NCBI GenBank assembly: GCA_963836185.1 | Contig: CAWIIQ010000006.1 | Coordinates: 1 to 64,000, forward strand | Length of the DNA: 64,000 nt | Direction of reading: 5' to 3' | Source of the DNA: Candidatus Krumholzibacteriia bacterium | GTDB taxonomy: Bacteria > Krumholzibacteriota > Krumholzibacteriia > Krumholzibacteriales > Krumholzibacteriaceae | Shown here: piece after piece, positions 60,007 to 64,000 of the stretch | Numbering within the stretch: the first letter of the stretch is position 1 | How the letters are laid out: the number at the start of each line of letters is the position of its first letter | The notes under the pieces: generated by a model | Database searches by the model: none | Told to the model about the DNA's origin: nothing | What the model saw: only the letters and a program-made list of their open reading frames with translations | Position numbers and translations under genes: made by a program

Positions 60007-60195
60007 TCAATCGAAGCAGCCGAGCTGGCAACCGCTGATCTTGATCCCGTTGCCGGTGCAGTACTCGCCTATATCCTTAAGGGAAATGCCGAATTTCTCC
60101 GACAGCTCGAAGGCCTTCGCGCAATACATCACCTTCCTGCCGTCCTTATCGATCGATGCTTCTACAATTATCTTTCCATATTCATCAGCGTTCAT
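60007..60195 (-). CDS. 62-aa conserved Cys protein (CxxA..IGxxC..KIxxCQLGCF)
   Basis: AAAGGAG RBS, overlap with the modE stop and the distinctive CQLGCF C-terminus. Confidence 0.75.
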   Translation of the reverse strand: MNADEYGKIIVEASIDKDGRKVMYCAKAFELSEKFGISLKDIGEYCTGNGIKISGCQLGCFD

Positions 60196-60568
60196 CTCCG
60201 CTCCTTTCGAGAAGGCCGGCAAGGTGCCTGTCGAACGCGTCGTCCATACCTTTCAGGACGGCCTCCCTGTACATCTGCCACCCGGCAAGCAGTTCCCTGC
60301 CGAAATCAGTCAGTTCCGTCGTGCCTCCGGCCGGTCCTCCCCTCGTCTTCCTCACCAGTCTCCGGCCAAGTACATTTTCGGTCCTCTTTATATCGCCCCA
60401 GGCTTTCCTGTAGCCCCTTCCGAGTTTTTCGGCTGCCTTCCTGATCGATCCCTCTTCATCGATCGACATCAGCAGGCGCCATTTCCCGTCTCCGAACATC
60501 CCTTCACTCCGGCCGTCGGAAAGGTAGAGCTTCAGCCCCGGTTTCACATCACCTGTTTCTTTCTTCAT
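60185..60568 (-). CDS. modE: ModE-type winged-helix regulator lacking TOBE/molybdate-binding domains
   Basis: FGDGKWRLL..I.EEGSIRKAA..LG.GYRKAW and RGGPAGGTTELT. Confidence 0.8.
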   Translation of the reverse strand: MKKETGDVKPGLKLYLSDGRSEGMFGDGKWRLLMSIDEEGSIRKAAEKLGRGYRKAWGDIKRTENVLGRRLVRKTRGGPAGGTTELTDFGRELLAGWQMYREAVLKGMDDAFDRHLAGLLERSGDER

Positions 60569-60572
60569 CGAG

Positions 60573-61668
60573 TCATCCTTCTATGATCTTCACTGCGCTT
60601 GCCTTGATAGAAGCGAATACCCTGCTTCCCGGTTCAAGGCCGAGCGATCCGGCCGACTGTTCCGTTACCATCGAGATTATCGTCTCACCCGCGTCGACCG
60701 CTACTTCGGCCCCTCTTCTGGCGGGTATGATCTCACTTACCGTCCCTTCGAAGAGATTCCTGGCGCTGGTATCGGGCCTGTACGCGGAGAGTGTGACATC
60801 CTCACTTCTCACCAGGGCCGTCGCCTCGCCCTCATCCGCCTCACTGAGCGTCTCGAGCCTGAATGCCGTCATTCGCTGCCGACTCGAAGACGGTGATCCC
60901 GCCGGTCTCCCTGACCAGCCTGCCCCTGTAGACATTCCTGATCCCGACAAACCTCGCGACGAATTCTGAGCCGGGATGTGACAGGATGCGTTGAGGCGTA
61001 TCGACCTGGACGACGGTCCCGTTCTCCATGATCCCTATCTTCGTGGCAAGAGCAGCGGCTTCCTCGTAGTCATGCGTTACGTGCAGCATCGTCATCCCGC
61101 CGCGGTTAAGCTTCCTGAGCAGGGAACGCATCTCTATCCTCGCCCCCGAGTCGAGCGAGGAAAGGGGTTCGTCGAGAAGCAGGCAGTCCGGCCCGGCCGC
61201 GAGGGCGCGGGCCAGAGCGGCACGCTGCGCCTCGCCGCCCGACAATGTCGAGGGACTGCGGTCGAGCAGATGGCCGACTCCCGTCTCACCCGCGAGCAGC
61301 CTCGTGAGTATCTTTATGTCTGAACGCTTCATCCCCGAGGATACGGGCCCGTAGGCGATGTTCCTTTCGACCGACATGTGAGGGAAAAGGGCCTGGTCCT
61401 GGAATACGATACCAAGTTTTCTGTGCTGCATCTTCTCGTGCGTGATCTCGCGTCCGGCCAGGGTCACCTTCCCCGAATCGGCCGGTATCACTCCTGTCAG
61501 CGTCTCGAGCAGGACAGTCTTGCCCGTCCCGGAGGCGCCAAGAAGGACGAAGTACTCCCCCTCATACACAGTGAAGGAAACATCGGATATGGTGAACTCT
61601 CCCAGTCTCTTCGCGAGCCCCTCGACCTCGAGGATCGCGCGGGCGGGTATGCTCTTATCTCGCGTCAT
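60573..61668 (-). CDS. wtpC: Tungstate/molybdate ABC transporter ATPase with TOBE domain; apparent +1 frameshift at ~60867
   Basis: GASGTGKT, LSGGEAQR, LLLDEP and HVTHD. TOBE segment SARNLFEG..IKASAV is in the next frame. Confidence 0.85.
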
Positions 61669-62449
61669 CGGCCCGCCTCCCCGCGATCATCCTGAGCGCT
61701 ATGAAGAAGACGAGGCAGACGGAGACGAAGAGGACCGTCACCGGCCTCGCGTACTTCAGCCCGAAAGCGCCGAAACGCTCGTAAATAAGGACCGGCGTTA
61801 TCATCGGGTGATAGGCTATTATCAGGACGGCGCCGAACTCGCTCATACCCCTCGCCCACATCAGCACAAGCCCCGAAACGATCGACCGCCAGGCCATCGG
61901 CACCGAGATCGTGAAGAATACCCTCAGCGGCGACGCGCCGAGATTCAATGCAGCCTGCTCGAGCCTTACCGGAACGGCGGCGAAGCCGTCCCTGGCCGCG
62001 TTGACGAGAAATGGGACCGAGACGAATGCCATCGCGGCCATGATCCCCGCGATACCTCCGACGAAGCTCACCCCGAATTTCTCACCGAGCGAGCCGACAG
62101 GAGTCCCCGGAGCGAGGACCCCGAGCAGGGCGATACCGGCCGCCGAATGAGGTATTACTATCGGAAGGTCGACGATCCCGTTGACCAGTCTCTTCAGGGG
62201 GAACTCTCTCCTGGCGAGTATCCAGGCGAACGGTATCGCGCCGAGGGCGGCCGCTATCGTTGCCAGCATCGATGCGCCGAGTGTCAGCCAGATGCTGGCA
62301 GTGACCTCGGGATCGTTGGCCGCTTCGGAGAGATCTGTCTTCCCGACGCTGAGAAACATCCCGGCCAGGGGCGCCAGGATAAAGAGGAGCACCGCTCCTC
62401 CGAGCGCCGCGAATACAAGATGCATCGGCTCTATCCGGGATCTGCTCAC
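61655..62449 (-). CDS. wtpB: Tungstate/molybdate ABC permease
   Basis: DLPIVIPHSAAGIALL, LEQAALNLGAS and WARGMSEFGA. Confidence 0.88.
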   Translation of the reverse strand: MSRSRIEPMHLVFAALGGAVLLFILAPLAGMFLSVGKTDLSEAANDPEVTASIWLTLGASMLATIAAALGAIPFAWILARREFPLKRLVNGIVDLPIVIPHSAAGIALLGVLAPGTPVGSLGEKFGVSFVGGIAGIMAAMAFVSVPFLVNAARDGFAAVPVRLEQAALNLGASPLRVFFTISVPMAWRSIVSGLVLMWARGMSEFGAVLIIAYHPMITPVLIYERFGAFGLKYARPVTVLFVSVCLVFFIALRMIAGRRADDAR

Positions 62450-62456
62450 TGTATCG

Positions 62457-63443
62457 TCACTCCGCTGGTTTCGCGTATTTCTTCAACAGGGCGGGTATCG
62501 CTTCGTATGTCTCCGTCTGTGACGGGACCATCGAAGGCTGACCCGCCTCCTCCATGATCTTCATCCCCCTGTTCGCGTCGAGGATAAAATCCAGGAAACT
62601 CCGCGCCAGATCAGGGTTCGGGGAATTCGACGGGATCGTTATCCCGTATACCATCGGTGCGCCTCGTTTGACGATCTTCTCCCCCGGCTTCCTGCCGGAG
62701 ATCTCGACACTGACAGCGGCGTAACTGTCGGCGTATCCCGGATCCTTGAGGTTTATCCCGTCGGGCAGGGTAATAAACCGGAGCCCGTGCTGCTGAGCCA
62801 CACTTCTGTAGAGGAATATATAGTCGATCGTCCCCGTCTCGAGAAGGGCCAGCAGGTCGGTCTCCTTCGGCCTGATGAAACGCCTGTCCTTCTCGAGGAG
62901 GCGTCCGGCAAGGCCGTCGATCCTGAAGTATTTCTCCGCGAGCTTCATCGTCAGCACCGCCCTGTATCCGCAGGGATCGGCGTCGGGATCGGAACGCCCG
63001 AATGCTACATCGGGATCGAGGAGTATTCCGGTCCAGTTCACATCATCGATCTCATCGTGCCTCTTCGAGTGTTCGGTGAATACTATCGCCATCTCGTTGC
63101 TCGCGAACCTGATGTTCCACGAGGCATGATCGGGGATCAGAAGGTTGTCGATCACCGTGTAATCGGCAGAGGCCATCACGTCGCACTCCCTGCCGAGGTC
63201 GGATATCTTCCTCGCGCACGACCTGCTCCCCGCCGCTTCGAGCTGAACGGTGACCCCCGGATTCTTCTCCATGAAATCGATCGATATCTTCCTGAGCGGC
63301 ACCGAGAGGCTGCCCGCGTGAAATACGATCAGGGTCCGACTGTCGCTTTCAGTCTTATTATTTCCGCCATCGCAGGAAGGAAAGAATATCGAGCCCAGAA
63401 TGACCGTAAATACCAGTGATACTCCCGTGAAACGGGCCCTCAT
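62457..63443 (-). CDS. wtpA: Tungstate-binding lipoprotein, WtpA type
   Basis: FHAGSL, EAAGS, DVMASADY, SDPDADPCGYR, PKETDL, YRSVAQQH and YGITIP. Confidence 0.9.
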   Translation of the reverse strand: MRARFTGVSLVFTVILGSIFFPSCDGGNNKTESDSRTLIVFHAGSLSVPLRKISIDFMEKNPGVTVQLEAAGSRSCARKISDLGRECDVMASADYTVIDNLLIPDHASWNIRFASNEMAIVFTEHSKRHDEIDDVNWTGILLDPDVAFGRSDPDADPCGYRAVLTMKLAEKYFRIDGLAGRLLEKDRRFIRPKETDLLALLETGTIDYIFLYRSVAQQHGLRFITLPDGINLKDPGYADSYAAVSVEISGRKPGEKIVKRGAPMVYGITIPSNSPNPDLARSFLDFILDANRGMKIMEEAGQPSMVPSQTETYEAIPALLKKYAKPAE

Positions 63444-63485
63444 CGCAATATCCCTTCATGTGATGAAAATCCTGTCTGTCACTGC

Positions 63486-63513
63486 AAGATATCAAATGAC
63501 AACAGGTTGTCAA
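63486..63513 (-). promoter_or_regulatory. Sigma70 promoter of the wtpA operon, overlapping a 16-bp palindrome
   Basis: TTGACA-16 bp-TATCTT, with palindrome TGACAAC-AG-GTTGTCA at 63497-63512. Confidence 0.55.
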
Positions 63514-63540
63514 CGGATATGTATGGCCGTGCATATCGGT
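63513..63540. promoter_or_regulatory. ModE-like operator
   Basis: ACGGATATGTA-N6-TGCATATCGGT has the same 11-6-11 geometry as the ModE consensus ATCGnTATATA-N6-TATATAnCGAT. Confidence 0.6.
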
Positions 63541-63650
63541 CGCCGTAATATACTCCAATAAAATAATTTATGCTTCATATCTGAATCGAAACGGTGTATA
63601 TTCTTATTCCTTGAATCCGCTATTCACAACACTGAAGGAGGCCTCACGGA

Positions 63651-64000
63651 ATGTCTTCCAACGACCGTATCGCAAAGATGAAGGAGGCGCGCGAAGTCAT
63701 CAGCAGTTTTGACTTCAAAGTCGTGCCCCTGGACAAGGGTTACGCGAACCGCTGGCTCCGTGTCGATGTCGGATCGGGTGAGATCACGATCAACCCGGTC
63801 GACGATGAGATGAAAAGGCTCTGGACCGGCGGCAAGGGCTTCGACCTCTGGATGACCTTCCAGGAGATCGACAAGGACACGAAGTGGGACAGCCCGAACA
63901 ACCCGATCTGCTTCTCGTCCGGCCCTCTCGGCGGATCGACCTCCTTCCCCGGTTCGGGCAAGACGATCGTGACAGCGATATCCCCCCTGACGCATTCGAT
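63651..64000 (+). CDS. aor: Tungsten-dependent aldehyde:ferredoxin oxidoreductase family (N-terminus; runs off the window and is absent from the ORF track)
   Basis: My translation: MSSNDR..GYANRWLRVDV..WTGGKGF..SPNNPICFSSGPLGG..PGSGKT...ISPLT. AAGGAGG RBS. Confidence 0.88.
   Translation, partial: MSSNDRIAKMKEAREVISSFDFKVVPLDKGYANRWLRVDVGSGEITINPVDDEMKRLWTGGKGFDLWMTFQEIDKDTKWDSPNNPICFSSGPLGGSTSFPGSGKTIVTAISPLTHS

Noticed and set aside
35052-60880. Programmed ribosomal frameshifting or phase variation
   Set aside because: The sites share no slippery sequence or long homopolymer and hit unrelated genes, so an error signature is more likely.
63611-63629. Rex operator upstream of aor
   Set aside because: Only the TTCACAA half-site matches, and the spacing is wrong.
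535-63995. Long antisense or alternate-frame ORFs (e.g. 27927-29210, 61442-62557, 21705-22709, 36243-37229)
   Set aside because: These are shadows of real genes in GC-rich DNA and carry no motifs.

Overview
This is a 64 kb chromosomal window of a GC-rich, Gram-negative, probably anaerobic bacterium. The T9SS/FlgD-type C-terminal domain, C25 peptidase, WtpA/AOR and ETF/FadF suggest an FCB-group lineage such as Ca. Krumholzibacteriota/Latescibacterota (inference only). It holds cell-wall and housekeeping genes (PBP1A, deoC, alr, yhaM-like, clpB), a TPR-HK-sigma54 regulator module with an adjacent sigma54-driven orphan envelope operon, an acyl-CoA dehydrogenase/ETF/FadF operon, and a 1.6k-aa gingipain-like C25 protein. 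Further along are two tandem metzincin lipoproteins, a ParA-CBM48 operon, NamZ-MurU-AmgK peptidoglycan recycling, outer-membrane and periplasmic orphans, and a tungsten locus (wtpABC, modE, moeA, moaA, moaC, mogA, AOR) interrupted by an sxtI/J/K-like carbamoyltransferase cassette. I saw no rRNA, tRNA, CRISPR array, integrase or transposase. The top candidate novel system is a ParA/Soj ATPase fused to an intact AMPK-beta-type glycogen-binding CBM48, followed by a Walker-A-dead MinD-like partner and a small orphan, behind a structured attenuator-like leader; it may position glycogen granules. Caveat: from ~35 kb onward about 14 genes carry apparent single-base insertions, most likely sequencing or consensus errors. 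All calls come from motif recognition by eye; no searches were run.
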